A DNA stretch of 64,000 nucleotides from a virus (taxonomy: Duplodnaviria; Caudoviricetes), in the IMG/VR virus record IMGVR_UViG_2933279956_000001, positions 39,805-103,804 of that record, one strand, 5' to 3'. The translations under genes were made by a program, and so were the position numbers. Positions 8,389 through 18,426 of the stretch are shown here, piece after piece; position 1 is the stretch's first letter, and each line of letters opens with the position of its first letter. The notes beneath the pieces were generated by a model. That model was not told the DNA's origin. It was given only the letters and a program-made list of their open reading frames with translations, and did no database searches.

Positions 8389-9551
8389 AGCGACTCCTTC
8401 AGAAACGCCAAGCCCTCCTTGAGCTTGTTCAGCTTCGCCAGCTCGTGCGTCAGCCGCTGAATCTCGGTTCGCTGGTGCATGTTCTGGACGTCGAGCCGCT
8501 CATTCGCGGCGAGGAGCTGGTCATGCTCCTCCCCCAGGGTGGCCAGTTCTCGCTGCAGCCCGGCCACACGCGCCTCCAACTCGGTCACGCGCACCGCGGC
8601 GTCGTTCGCCTTCTGCAACATCTCGATCAGCTGCCCCACCTCCGGCAAACCCGAAGCAGGCGGAGCCGCAGCAGCCTTCTCCCGACCGGCGTTGGGCGCC
8701 GGAACACCCTTCGCCGCGGCAGGCTTCCGGGCGACGGCGAGGCCGCCGTCATCCCACGCAGTCCGAATCCACCAGATGGGCGGGCTGGCGCGCTTCTGGC
8801 ACTTGATGTGGTTCGTCCGCGTCAGGTAGCCGATCACCTCCCGCTCATACACCTCGTCCCACATGCCGCGGATCTGGCGCACAATCGACGTCAACGCCCC
8901 CGTCCACAACACGCCTTCCTCGCGGGCGTTGGTGCCGCGCTCGTCGCCCTGCTTCTTCGCCTCCTCACGCAGCAGCGACCACAGCGCATTCGCGTCAGCG
9001 GCCAGGTCCTCCTTACGGGGTCCGCCCTCGATGCGGGCAACGTCGCCGACTTTCGGCATGGACGCGTCATCTCCTTGCTGTAGCGCCGGAGCCACCTCTG
9101 GCCCGGCCACGGTTTCGGTCTTCGTCTCGGATTCGGGTGGGGGTGGGGTGAGGAACGCGATCACCTCGGCCTCACGGGCATGCAACATCCGCGCCATCGG
9201 GCCCGCGTCCTCCAGCGGACCCGTCACCTGCAGCAGGCCACCCGCCAGGTACACGTGCACACCCATCGCCCGCGCCATCCTGACCAGGTCCCTCACTGAC
9301 CACGACGACGCTTCCGGCGCCGGCGCCGGCTTCTGCTCCACCGCGGCCGCGAGCGGCGGCCGCGTGGCCAGCGCGCGGATGCGTGAACGCTGATTGAGCA
9401 ACTCCTGCCAGGCCAGCTTCAAGCGGACTCGGTGACAGAGGCCCGATTCCGGGTTCGTCACCACCCAGGCGTCGCTCTTGCGTTCGACCCGCAAGTTCAG
9501 CCGGACGGCTTCCTCACGAACCATCTTCTCCACGTCGGACGCCCGGCTCAC
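8385..9551 (-). CDS. multidomain phage protein with C-terminal coiled coil
   Basis: Natural sequence from VSRASDVEKM; long heptad C-terminus. Confidence 0.65.
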   Translation of the reverse strand: MSRASDVEKMVREEAVRLNLRVERKSDAWVVTNPESGLCHRVRLKLAWQELLNQRSRIRALATRPPLAAAVEQKPAPAPEASSWSVRDLVRMARAMGVHVYLAGGLLQVTGPLEDAGPMARMLHAREAEVIAFLTPPPPESETKTETVAGPEVAPALQQGDDASMPKVGDVARIEGGPRKEDLAADANALWSLLREEAKKQGDERGTNAREEGVLWTGALTSIVRQIRGMWDEVYEREVIGYLTRTNHIKCQKRASPPIWWIRTAWDDGGLAVARKPAAAKGVPAPNAGREKAAAAPPASGLPEVGQLIEMLQKANDAAVRVTELEARVAGLQRELATLGEEHDQLLAANERLDVQNMHQRTEIQRLTHELAKLNKLKEGLAFLKESL

Positions 9552-9783
9552 GGCAGCCTCTGAGTGTGCAGGAGGATGGTCAGGCAGCGGATGTACCGCT
9601 TGCCGACACGGACGTTCACGCCGCGCACTCGGTCGGCCCGGGTCACCCACACGCCGATGCGGCTGCCGGGCGGCTGCCCGAAGTAGATCGCGGCCCGCAT
9701 CCAGCGGCGGCCCACCACCACGACGACGTCGCCGCCCGCCTGCACGGGCCAGTGCCGCGACCTGCTGAACGTGATCTCGGCCA

Positions 9784-10104
9784 TCACGAGCCACCACTCC
9801 CCCGGCCGCCGAACCCCGACCGGGTGATCGTTTTCCCGGACCTGGTCACGATCGTCGTGTCGGCAGGCCGTACCGACGTCGCCCCCCGCACGTAGCCGCC
9901 GCTGCTGTTGCCGCCGTACACGTACACGTAGCCGTGGTGTGAACCACCTTCGCAAAACTGGTCATCCACCACGGCGTAGGAGCCGTCCGGCTGCTGAACC
10001 GCGCGCACGCAGTCGGCCACCACCTCGTGCTCCTGCGTCGCCAACGCCACCACCGCGGCGACAGCGCCGACCGCACCGAGCGCGATCACACCGGTGCTCC
10101 TCAT
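9784..10104 (-). CDS. small secreted/membrane-anchored protein with TRSGFG Gly-rich tail
   Basis: N-terminal hydrophobic helix, Cys pair, ITRSGFGGRGSGGS tail (DUF1190-like). Confidence 0.55.
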   Translation of the reverse strand: MRSTGVIALGAVGAVAAVVALATQEHEVVADCVRAVQQPDGSYAVVDDQFCEGGSHHGYVYVYGGNSSGGYVRGATSVRPADTTIVTRSGKTITRSGFGGRGSGGS

Positions 10105-10649
10105 CCGCGCCTCCGCCACACCGGCATGCCGGCCGAATGCGCGAACGCCGCGGCGCCCGCGGACCCCGTCGAGTCGTCCTTCAGGTGCGCAAGCATCCCA
10201 GTCCGGCCGCCCCGGCCGAGCGCGAGACCGACCATGAATCCATTCCGGTACGGCCCGGCCGCCTTCTCCAGCTCCGGGATGTCCCACCGCGCCGGGAAGC
10301 ACTCGACGGCGATGCCGCTGGCGACGGCGGCCCACTCGAACGCGTGCCGGTCTCCGCCCCTCGGCTCCCGCTTGTCCGGGCCGTAGCCGACCAGGAGCCG
10401 GAAGATGCCGTTCTCCCGCTCGTACAGGTCGGCCAAGTCCTCCACGACGCGTCCTCTGCGCGCCCCACGGGAACCCGTGTAGACGAGGGTGAGGAGATCC
10501 GGTGCCGCCCAGGCGTCTACCGCGGCGTCGAAGTTCGCAAGGACGTGCGTGGCCAGGTCCTCGCTGATCGGATAGTTCCTCAGGATGTCGGCCAGGAGAG
10601 CGCCGAGGTGCCGCTTCTGGCCTGCGGTGAGGAACGGCTGCTCACTCAT
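10101..10649 (-). CDS. SLOG-superfamily protein (DUF2493/YspA-like)
   Basis: YTGSR, GGD, FPARW, AAGPYRNGFMV, STGS motifs. Confidence 0.75.
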   Translation of the reverse strand: MSEQPFLTAGQKRHLGALLADILRNYPISEDLATHVLANFDAAVDAWAAPDLLTLVYTGSRGARRGRVVEDLADLYERENGIFRLLVGYGPDKREPRGGDRHAFEWAAVASGIAVECFPARWDIPELEKAAGPYRNGFMVGLALGRGGRTGMLAHLKDDSTGSAGAAAFAHSAGMPVWRRRG

Positions 10650-10989
10650 GCGCGGCCTCCGACTCCTCGGGTCGGCCGCCCTGGGCGGCGGCGCGGGCCC
10701 GGTTGATCGCCCCGTGGTACGGGCACGACCACTCGGTACAGCCGCCGGTGTCGGGGAACGTGAGGTCTCGATCATCTGTCATGTCTGGTTGCCTTCCTGA
10801 TCGGGTGTGCGAGCTGGCTTGGCGTGCCACAGCCAGCAGGCGGAGCACCGGAACGCCCGGTGCCGGCGGCCGGTCCTGGCGGTCAGCTGATCCGCTTCCG
10901 CTTTCGCGGCCTGGCGGCGCAGATGGACGCGGTACAGGCACACTTCTGCGGCCCGCCGCAGCTTCCAGCGGGTGCGCGCGTCGAACTGG

Positions 10990-11850
10990 TCAGCAGGCAT
11001 CCGTCACCTCGTCGGAGAGCTTTTGCGCCCAGCGGGAGCGGGCCTTGGCCAGGTAGACGTGGGACACGCCGAGTCGCTCAGCGGCCTGCACCAGATCGAA
11101 GCCTTCGACGGCCATGAGCCAGTCGGAGTCCTCGGTGAGCGCCTGGTCACGAGTCTCACGCGCGCCCCGGTCGGGGACGGCTTCCGGGTCGTCGATGCTG
11201 TCGTCGTCCCACGCCAGCGGCGGCATCCACTTGGCGGCCCGAGCCCGAGCCCGGGTCATGTTCACTGCGCGTCGCTCCTGCCTAGTCTGCTGAGGCGGTT
11301 CCTGATTCCACAGCCGGTCGTACAGCGCCCGAACTCGTTGAGCTGTGCGTGCCTCGACCTGGGGCAGCTTCAACGTCCACGACAGGACGGATCGGTCGGT
11401 CCCCATCTCTCTCGACAGCCAGGCCAGGCACCAGCCCTTGACCATGAGCGCCTGGATACGACGATGGGTGCCTGTGGCCGAGACGAGCATCCGTTTCGGA
11501 ATCTGGTTGTGGGTCGGCCAGAACGCCAGGATGCGTTCAGCTCGCCACGTGTGGATCTTGCTTGGCCCCCTCAGATGTTTGTGCCAGCCAGCGACGCGCA
11601 CGATCGTGAAGTAGCCCACACCGGTCAGGTCGGCGATGGCCCGTGGGCCGAATCCTGTCTCGCGGCGCAGGCGCTCCAAGTGCTCCCGAACCGGCGCAGG
11701 ATCGGTGAACGGCTGCCAACGGCCTTCCTGCTTCAGTTGCGCCTTGCGGACCTCGTACTGCTTGTGCAGCTTCAGACAAGCCGGGCAGCAGCAACCGTGT
11801 TTGCGGGAGGTGCGACGGCTGTGATCGCTTCCGTCAGCGCGTCCGGACAT
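10990..11850 (-). CDS. phage HTH DNA-binding protein
   Basis: CxCxxC, VREHL..L...G.GPRAIADLTGV, RRIQAL...GW, PPLAWDDDSIDDP. Confidence 0.7.
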   Translation of the reverse strand: MSGRADGSDHSRRTSRKHGCCCPACLKLHKQYEVRKAQLKQEGRWQPFTDPAPVREHLERLRRETGFGPRAIADLTGVGYFTIVRVAGWHKHLRGPSKIHTWRAERILAFWPTHNQIPKRMLVSATGTHRRIQALMVKGWCLAWLSREMGTDRSVLSWTLKLPQVEARTAQRVRALYDRLWNQEPPQQTRQERRAVNMTRARARAAKWMPPLAWDDDSIDDPEAVPDRGARETRDQALTEDSDWLMAVEGFDLVQAAERLGVSHVYLAKARSRWAQKLSDEVTDAC

Positions 11851-12082
11851 CGGCAGTCACCAGGTCGTCGTACTGTCCTGTCTTCACTGCGTCAGCGAAC
11901 GCGGCGAACTCGCCGGGCGTTACGGTGAGCACCGGCCCGTCGGGCACGGTGCTGTCGCGGATGAGCACCAGGCCGTGGCCATGCTCGACATCGGCGCACC
12001 CGGCGGCGCAGCCGGCCGGTGGCCGCCACACCTCCACGCAGGCGCTGTTGCCGTTGCAGGATCGGGGCTTCTCCCAGGTCAT
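11834..12082 (-). CDS. DUF397 domain protein
   Basis: W.K..S....ACVEV...IRDS..P.GPVL....EFAAF..AVK.G.YD. Confidence 0.8.
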   Translation of the reverse strand: MTWEKPRSCNGNSACVEVWRPPAGCAAGCADVEHGHGLVLIRDSTVPDGPVLTVTPGEFAAFADAVKTGQYDDLVTADVRTR

Positions 12083-12417
12083 CAAAGGCTCCTTCGTTGG
12101 CTTCGGGTCTTGCGGCGGGAGTCGAGCGCGATCACGTTGTCCGGCAGCGGCGCCGGTTTCGGCGGCCCCTGCTTGCACGTGGTGCCGAGGACATGCGGCA
12201 CGAACCGGTCCTCGCCCGGGTTCAGCGGTGGCGCGTCGACGCCGTCAAGCGAGCGGGATCGCCACACGCGAGGGCTGCCGACCGGCAGGCACGCCATGTT
12301 CCCGGCCGGGTCCGGGCGCGGGTCGACCGGTAGCCGACGGCCTCTCGCGGTGATCGTCCAGAGAATCCGCCTGCGGCACAGGCCGCAGACGGACAACTCA
12401 CTGGGGTGCGGAACCAT
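12082..12417 (-). CDS. phage Zn-binding protein
   Basis: CGLCRRRILWTIT..GRRLPVDP.P...GN; H....TC. Confidence 0.6.
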   Translation of the reverse strand: MVPHPSELSVCGLCRRRILWTITARGRRLPVDPRPDPAGNMACLPVGSPRVWRSRSLDGVDAPPLNPGEDRFVPHVLGTTCKQGPPKPAPLPDNVIALDSRRKTRSQRRSL

Positions 12418-12827
12418 CGCTGTCCGGCACGTAGCCGTGGTGGTACAAGGCCAGCGCCGCCGCCAAGTCGCCGGGGGTGATGTCGTAGCCTTCGACGCGG
12501 GTGACGATGGAGCCGGTGTGGTCATAGACGGGGTGCACCGGATGCGTGGCCCGTCGCGCCCTCTTCGGCTGCTTTCGGAGGCGCTTTCGCTTCCGGGATT
12601 TGTCTTCGTCTTCGATGTCGTATTCCATGATCGTTCTCCCTATGGTTGATCGTGTGGCCTGTGGCGGGCTGCAGTGCCGAGACCCATCACCGCGACGTAG
12701 CCGGGCAAGATGAGGGTGACGGTGCCGATCGCCAAGATGATGACGCCGAGCGTCGGGTGATGCTGGAAGCCGTACCAGGACACGGCGGCGACGAACACCT
12801 CGGCGAGGAGCAACGCCAGCAGCCGGA

Positions 12828-13310
12828 TCATCGGAAGAGCTCGTTGTAGGTGGCGACCGACCAGATGCGGATGATGCACCCGGGCTCCGGCAGAGCGTCG
12901 GGATGGTCGTCTCCGGCGTACAGCTTCCGGGGGTTGCGGTAGGCGACCACGCAGGCGTCGTCCTTCCAGATGTTGGCGGTCGTGAGCGCATCCTCCGTCG
13001 AACGAATGATCTTCGACAGGTCCGGATACGTGGTGTGGAACGGGCGGCGGACCGTCTTGCCGCGCGGCAGCGAGAAGCTGAAGCCCGCGATGAGCGGCTC
13101 GTTCAACGTGACCCAGTCGGGCCCGGCCGCCGCGCGCGCGGCCTCCTCGACGGCCTTGCGCCACGGGGCGACCTTCTTCGACGACTCCTGCTGGACGACG
13201 CGGCCGGTGAAGACGCGGTTCTTCCCCTTGCCTTTGTAGATGGGGCGGCCGTTCTTGCTGCCCTGCGGGCCGGGCACACCCAGCGCGGTGATCGTGATCA
13301 GCGGTTCCAT
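12828..13310 (-). CDS. rusA: RusA-family Holliday junction resolvase
   Basis: PGPQGSK, W+..V, PDLSKIIRSTEDALT, WKDDACVV. Confidence 0.88.
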   Translation of the reverse strand: MEPLITITALGVPGPQGSKNGRPIYKGKGKNRVFTGRVVQQESSKKVAPWRKAVEEAARAAAGPDWVTLNEPLIAGFSFSLPRGKTVRRPFHTTYPDLSKIIRSTEDALTTANIWKDDACVVAYRNPRKLYAGDDHPDALPEPGCIIRIWSVATYNELFR

Positions 13311-13627
13311 GGTGTGCTCCTGTCCGGCTACCGCCACGACTGCACGGAACGCAGACGACGATCAGTGCCCGGCACGACAGCGGCCGAGGACCGCGGCCGG
13401 CCGCGCACGATGTAGACGGCGCCGATGACTGCGGCCGCGTGCACGAGGGCGCCCACGAACGCCAGATAGCCGACGACGATGGCGAAGATCCACGTCATGG
13501 TGGTCCTTTCGGTAGGAGTCACACAGGAGCCAGCCGAGCAGGAACCCGGCCTGGGCGGAGAAGACACCCCACCCGGTCAGCAGCCACGGCAGCAGCTGCT
13601 CAACCGGAGTGGGGACGTGCAAAAACG

Positions 13628-14035
13628 TCACTGGCCTGCCTCACCGGAATGCACCCGATGAACGGCGGCCAGCGCCTCGCGGAGGCCGGCGTTGTCGTCC
13701 ACTTCGAGAGCCAGGGCGGCCTGCAGGGCGCGCATGCGGCCCTGGTAGTCGCCGCCCTCCAGAGCGCGGGCGGCGAGCTGCTGGGCCTGGGCCAAACCGC
13801 CTGCGTCGCCGGCGTCGATCGCGGCGATCGCCGTCATGGCGTCGGCGTAGCTGGCCTCGCGCCGCTTGGTCACCTCGTGCCGTTCGCGCTCGTCGTCCGC
13901 GATGCTAAAGGCGTGGATGAGCTGCCGTCCGGCGTCCTGCACGACCCGGCGGAAGCGGCCGGTCAGGTAGAGGAAGCAGCTGATCATGCCGAGGATGCCC
14001 CACAGGACGCCGTCGACGATGTCCCAGAGGCTCAT
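13628..14035 (-). CDS. membrane-anchored hypothetical protein
   Basis: N-terminal TM, coupled operon. Confidence 0.5.
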   Translation of the reverse strand: MSLWDIVDGVLWGILGMISCFLYLTGRFRRVVQDAGRQLIHAFSIADDERERHEVTKRREASYADAMTAIAAIDAGDAGGLAQAQQLAARALEGGDYQGRMRALQAALALEVDDNAGLREALAAVHRVHSGEAGQ

Positions 14036-14388
14036 GGGGTGCCTCCGGCGCACTCCGGGTGCGAAGCACCGTCAGGGCAGGCGTCGTAGACGTCGCGGCT
14101 GACGTCGATCTCCCGGTCGACGCCGCCGGTGCGGACGATGAGCGTCCACTCCTCCGCCTCCCACGTCTTCACCGGCACGCACACCCGCTTCTTCTTCGCG
14201 CCGGTGCCGCGCGTGACGCATGCCGACTTCGTCTTGTACTCGCTGGGCTCGTACGCGCGGCCGACCACCACCGCGGCGGCGGGCGTGGACGGCATGTGCG
14301 GCGGGCTGCTTGGTGCGCACGCGACGACCGCGATGAGGAACAGGGACACCCAGAAGAGCGCCACCAGCACGGGGAGAGACAGCTTCAC
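14032..14388 (-). CDS. putative lipoprotein
   Basis: Signal peptide ending VVAC. Confidence 0.6.
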   Translation of the reverse strand: MKLSLPVLVALFWVSLFLIAVVACAPSSPPHMPSTPAAAVVVGRAYEPSEYKTKSACVTRGTGAKKKRVCVPVKTWEAEEWTLIVRTGGVDREIDVSRDVYDACPDGASHPECAGGTP

Positions 14389-14735
14389 TTCTCACTCCTG
14401 ATGCGAAAGCTGAAGACGCGGGCATGAGCGGTGCCGAGACGCTGCGCGAGCGCGCGGCTGTCGACGCCGATGCTGGTCAGTTCCCGGTCGAGGCCGGCCA
14501 GGGTGGCGGCCAGGTCACGGCCCAGGCCGTCGGCCAGATTCCCTTCGGCCTCGATCGCGAAAAGCAGCTTGTTGAGCCCGGTCAGCAGCGGCTCGATCCG
14601 GATGGAGACGTTGTGGAGCGCGCCGAGCAGGTCGGCTACGTCCGCTGGCTCCGCCTCGGCTGTCGTGCACTGGTCGATGAGGCGAGCGCACGCGGCCAGA
14701 GCCGCGGCGACGTCGCTGGGACCAGATGCGGTCAT
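14385..14735 (-). CDS. hypothetical helical protein
   Basis: GAAAGG RBS, natural composition. Confidence 0.55.
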   Translation of the reverse strand: MTASGPSDVAAALAACARLIDQCTTAEAEPADVADLLGALHNVSIRIEPLLTGLNKLLFAIEAEGNLADGLGRDLAATLAGLDRELTSIGVDSRALAQRLGTAHARVFSFRIRSEK

Positions 14736-15003
14736 GATCGTTACCTTTCGGTTTCGGGTGGGGTAGAGCGGCGAAGAGCCGCGTGGGGCCGGATGTCGTT
14801 CAGCAGCAGGTCGGCCACGGCGCCGGGCAGGCAGATGCGGTGGCCGAGCAGGACAGCGCGCAGTACGCCGATGGTGGGCAGGCCGCCAGGGTGCCGCCAC
14901 AGCGAGCGGTCGCCGTCGCTGGCCTGCGCGGTGAAGGTGCGGCCGCTGTGGTCCCAGGCCACGGTGACGGTGACGCCGTGGTGACTGGCGTAGGTGTGCG
15001 GCT

Positions 15004-15444
15004 TCACCGGTGGTGATCCTGCGGCGAGGGGATCGGGGGGATGAGGCCGGTCAGGTCGCGCGTGTCGTCGCCACCGGGATTGTGGCTGGGGCACGGCCCG
15101 AACTCCGAGCAGCCGCACCCGGCCAGCGGCGGCTCCGCCAGTCGCAGCCCCGCCGAGGCGCTGGGGGCCGCGGCCGGGACGCCGGCGTGGGCGGCGGCGA
15201 GGGCGCGCTGCTCGACGGCCGCCTGGACGCCGTCGAGGGCGTTGATGATGTCGCGGCGCACCGCGTCGGCGACGGCGATGAGCTTCTGCATCAGGAGGAG
15301 GCCGTCGCCGAGGTCCTGCGGGTCGCGGGGGTTGACGCTGATGCGGTGGGTGCCGAGGGCGAGGGTGATGCCCTCGGGCGTGACGTGGTGGAAGACCTGC
15401 TCGGGCGTGGGCTGGTCCTGGTTCACGTTGATGGACATGACCAT
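15004..15444 (-). CDS. hypothetical protein
   Basis: AAGGGAG RBS. Confidence 0.55.
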   Translation of the reverse strand: MVMSINVNQDQPTPEQVFHHVTPEGITLALGTHRISVNPRDPQDLGDGLLLMQKLIAVADAVRRDIINALDGVQAAVEQRALAAAHAGVPAAAPSASAGLRLAEPPLAGCGCSEFGPCPSHNPGGDDTRDLTGLIPPIPSPQDHHR

Positions 15445-15515
15445 GGCGGTGCTCCCTTTCAGGAGGTGAGGGGAAGGTGCTGGGCCCCGGGCCGGGGCCC
15501 AGCACGGGGGGGGGG

Positions 15516-17039
15516 TTACGGCTGGTGCTTTTCGGCGCGAAGCTGCTCCAGGAACGCGGCCAGTTCGGCGGCGGTGGCCGCCAGGTGGGAGACGCTCATC
15601 GCCTTCTCGAATCTCTTGGTCAGCTGGGGGATGGTGCCGCCGCGTGCCTGCCACTCCGCGCGCACCTCCGCGACGACGTCGGCGCGCACCAGTTGGCCGT
15701 CATCGCGCGGCGTCTCCTGCTGCTCGGTTGATTCCTTGAGGCGCTCGTAGTGGTCGATGACCTCATGCGCCTGCGCGGGTGTGACCTTCGTGCGGGTTGT
15801 GATCTCGACGCCGACGACGTCGGAGATGGCGGTCCGCACGTCGTTGTCGTCGGTGATGCCGCGCTCGGCCAGCAGCGCGTGAAGCTTGTTCATCTGGCCG
15901 CGGCTCGCTCGGTTGGCCTGCTGGGCTGCGTCGTTGAGGGCGTCTGCGCGGTCGCTGGCCTGCCTCGGCATGTCCGCGATCGGCCCCCGCTCCGGCGCCG
16001 GGCGGCCGTCCTGGACGACGTCACCTTCCATTGTTGGAAGCGGAATAGCTTCCAACCTGGCGATGACGCGGTTGGCCTCGTCCTCGGTGAGCTGCCGGGC
16101 GGACTTGGCCTCGCCGATCGTCTCCTTCACCAGGGCCAGCGCCTGTTCCTTGTTCAGGCCGCGTTCGCGAACGAGTTGGATGATGCGCCTGTCCTGGTCG
16201 CCGGTGAGCCCGCCGGTCGGCGGCCGGCGAAGGGTCACGGACTCGCGGATGGGCTGTGTCGGCTCTGTCTCCTCGGGCTCGATCCGCTCGGTGACGCGGG
16301 CTGGATCGGCGCTGGGGTCGAAGTCCGTGCGGACGCCCTCGTCCACCGCGAGGCCGGTCGCCAGGTCCAGCGCCACCGGTATCGACTTCACGAGCCGAAC
16401 GCGGATCATGGTCTTGCGGCCCATCTCGTTGAAATGGTCCCGCCAAGGGCCCACGACGCCGCCGTCCTTCTTGGCCATGGCGTACTTGTCGCGGTGCTCC
16501 TGCATCTCGGCCTGACTCATCGGCTCGGTCAGGATGCGCTGGGTTCCGTACTCCCCCTGAATCTGGGCCAGGGCATAGAAGCCGAGGACCGGGCCACGGT
16601 CCGTGCCCAGCGTCGGCATCCTGTGGACGAGCAGATCCTGGCCCAGGTCCATCTCGAACATGTCGCCTCGGCGGACAATGTTCGACTGGACGGCGACCAC
16701 CTTCGGGTGCCGGTAGGCCAGGTCGGAGTAGCCGCGGTAGCCGATGATCACCTGCGCGTCGGTGCGCCTCTCCTTCCAGTTCTTCATCGGCAGCAGCCAC
16801 GCATGCCCCAGTCCTGCGACGCCGGGGCGCAGGCCCAGCTGGGCGCACGTCATCAGGCCGCCCAGGACGGACGGGATGAAGCACTCGGCCAGCTTCGGCG
16901 TGACGCGTAGGCAGTTCAGTGCGTCCTGCTTCAGCTGGGCAACGGTCACGCCTCGGGGCAGGACGGCCTCGAACTCGTCGGTTTGACGGCCGATGCGGGT
17001 GTTCATCTCTTCGATAAGGGCGGGTAGGCGCTCGCTCAC
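15516..17039 (-). CDS. recT: RecT-family single-strand annealing protein with C-terminal extension
   Basis: SVLGGLMTCAQLGLRP, GHAWLLP, IIGYRG, PW..HF.EM..KT. Confidence 0.9.
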   Translation of the reverse strand: MSERLPALIEEMNTRIGRQTDEFEAVLPRGVTVAQLKQDALNCLRVTPKLAECFIPSVLGGLMTCAQLGLRPGVAGLGHAWLLPMKNWKERRTDAQVIIGYRGYSDLAYRHPKVVAVQSNIVRRGDMFEMDLGQDLLVHRMPTLGTDRGPVLGFYALAQIQGEYGTQRILTEPMSQAEMQEHRDKYAMAKKDGGVVGPWRDHFNEMGRKTMIRVRLVKSIPVALDLATGLAVDEGVRTDFDPSADPARVTERIEPEETEPTQPIRESVTLRRPPTGGLTGDQDRRIIQLVRERGLNKEQALALVKETIGEAKSARQLTEDEANRVIARLEAIPLPTMEGDVVQDGRPAPERGPIADMPRQASDRADALNDAAQQANRASRGQMNKLHALLAERGITDDNDVRTAISDVVGVEITTRTKVTPAQAHEVIDHYERLKESTEQQETPRDDGQLVRADVVAEVRAEWQARGGTIPQLTKRFEKAMSVSHLAATAAELAAFLEQLRAEKHQP

Positions 17040-17971
17040 GCGGCTTCCTCCTCGGTGGGCTCAGGGGGTGGCAACTTGTCGAGGCCGGGGTCCGGCTTCA
17101 CGTAGGGGCGGCCAGCGCTGGACAGCTGCCGGATCGCGTAGGGGCGGCCACCGTGTACGGCCCGGCGGGCGGCCCCCATCCGGTCGGCGACCTTGGCCAT
17201 CACGAGGCGTCGTCGGCTATCGGCGGCTTCGACGTCGAGCACGACGGCGTGAAGCTCGTCCGCCAGGTCCTTAGGCAGCTCGACCACGGCGTTGCGGTCA
17301 ATCTGCGGGTGCAGTCTGCGCACCGTGGCGTAGGTGGCGGGGTGGTCGTCAAGCTCCGGCCGCTCGTCCCAGAACACGCTCGCGAGGAAATCCTCGGCCG
17401 CGTCACGCAGCAGCGCCGCCTCGTCCGGGTCGTAGTCGATGACGTACTCGCGGAACTCCAGCCGCTCCCCCAGGACGGCGAACCTCCACCGCTTCACGCC
17501 GAAGGTGTCCATGTACCAGACGACCTGCACCCGGTAGTAGAGCGGCACCTGATCAGTGCCGGGGTGTCCCCAGCCGGAGGCGTAGGAGTCGGCGTCGGAC
17601 TTGAACTCCGCCCCTTCGACGAGGACACCGTCGCGCCAGCAGAGCGCGTCCGGGCTGCCGAGCTGGTAACCGCGATCGGCGTGCACGAACGTGCCGCCCG
17701 CCGTGACCTTGAACTCGGGGTGCTGATCGGCGAACCAGGCGCGGATGCTCGGCTCCAGGTAGTGGCCGCGTTCCTGCGCCCGGGTCGACGACTCCGGGAC
17801 AAGCAGCCCCTGCTGCAGGCACCACTCGCTGTACGGCGACGCCCACGGCGACTTCCCGATCACCGCGGCGATCGACGACCCTCCGAGCCGGCCGCGCCGG
17901 ATGCGGCGGCCGCGGCGGCTGTCGGGCCGGTACCGGCCGAGGTAGCGGGCGGTGCCCGCGTCCCTGGTCAA
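17036..17971 (-). CDS. YqaJ-like (lambda-exonuclease family) recombination exonuclease
   Basis: LGGSSIAAVIGKSPW.SP, RGHYLEP, SPDA, EFK, YY.QV.WYM. Confidence 0.9.
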   Translation of the reverse strand: MTRDAGTARYLGRYRPDSRRGRRIRRGRLGGSSIAAVIGKSPWASPYSEWCLQQGLLVPESSTRAQERGHYLEPSIRAWFADQHPEFKVTAGGTFVHADRGYQLGSPDALCWRDGVLVEGAEFKSDADSYASGWGHPGTDQVPLYYRVQVVWYMDTFGVKRWRFAVLGERLEFREYVIDYDPDEAALLRDAAEDFLASVFWDERPELDDHPATYATVRRLHPQIDRNAVVELPKDLADELHAVVLDVEAADSRRRLVMAKVADRMGAARRAVHGGRPYAIRQLSSAGRPYVKPDPGLDKLPPPEPTEEEAA

Positions 17972-18426
17972 AACGGTGGCTCGTCGTTGAAGAGACCCCT
18001 TGGCTGTTCCGCGTCGCGGCGGGGGCTCGGCAGCTCCAGCGTGAACGGGCCGTAGCGGCGCTCGGCCTCGGCCAGTTTGAGATTGCCTGGATATCGTGCG
18101 CCGAACTCCGCGTTGAGCGCGACGTAGCCGTCCGTGCAAAGTCGGTCGTTGGCTTCGCAGTCGGGACAGTCGATGTCGACGGCCAGCCAGCGTTTCCGAT
18201 TGTGGTCGCGCCACACATCCCCTGGGACGGGCGGCCAATCGACGGAGGCGACCAGTTGATGCCCCGTGTTGGGGTCGTCGGTGCGGAAGTAGACGTTGGC
18301 CATGTTGGCGCATCCCTCGGTGCTTGCGGCTCCGAAGCGGGCCGGGTCCTTGGGATCGATGTAGACGATGCGGCAGGTGCGGGTGACTGTGACGACGTCA
18401 CCGAGGCGGTACAGGGGCTCAGCCAC
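17968..18426 (-). CDS. hypothetical phage protein (paralog of next gene)
   Basis: Y..GD.V.., WPP..GDVW, YGPF.LE motifs. Confidence 0.6.
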   Translation of the reverse strand: MAEPLYRLGDVVTVTRTCRIVYIDPKDPARFGAASTEGCANMANVYFRTDDPNTGHQLVASVDWPPVPGDVWRDHNRKRWLAVDIDCPDCEANDRLCTDGYVALNAEFGARYPGNLKLAEAERRYGPFTLELPSPRRDAEQPRGLFNDEPPF

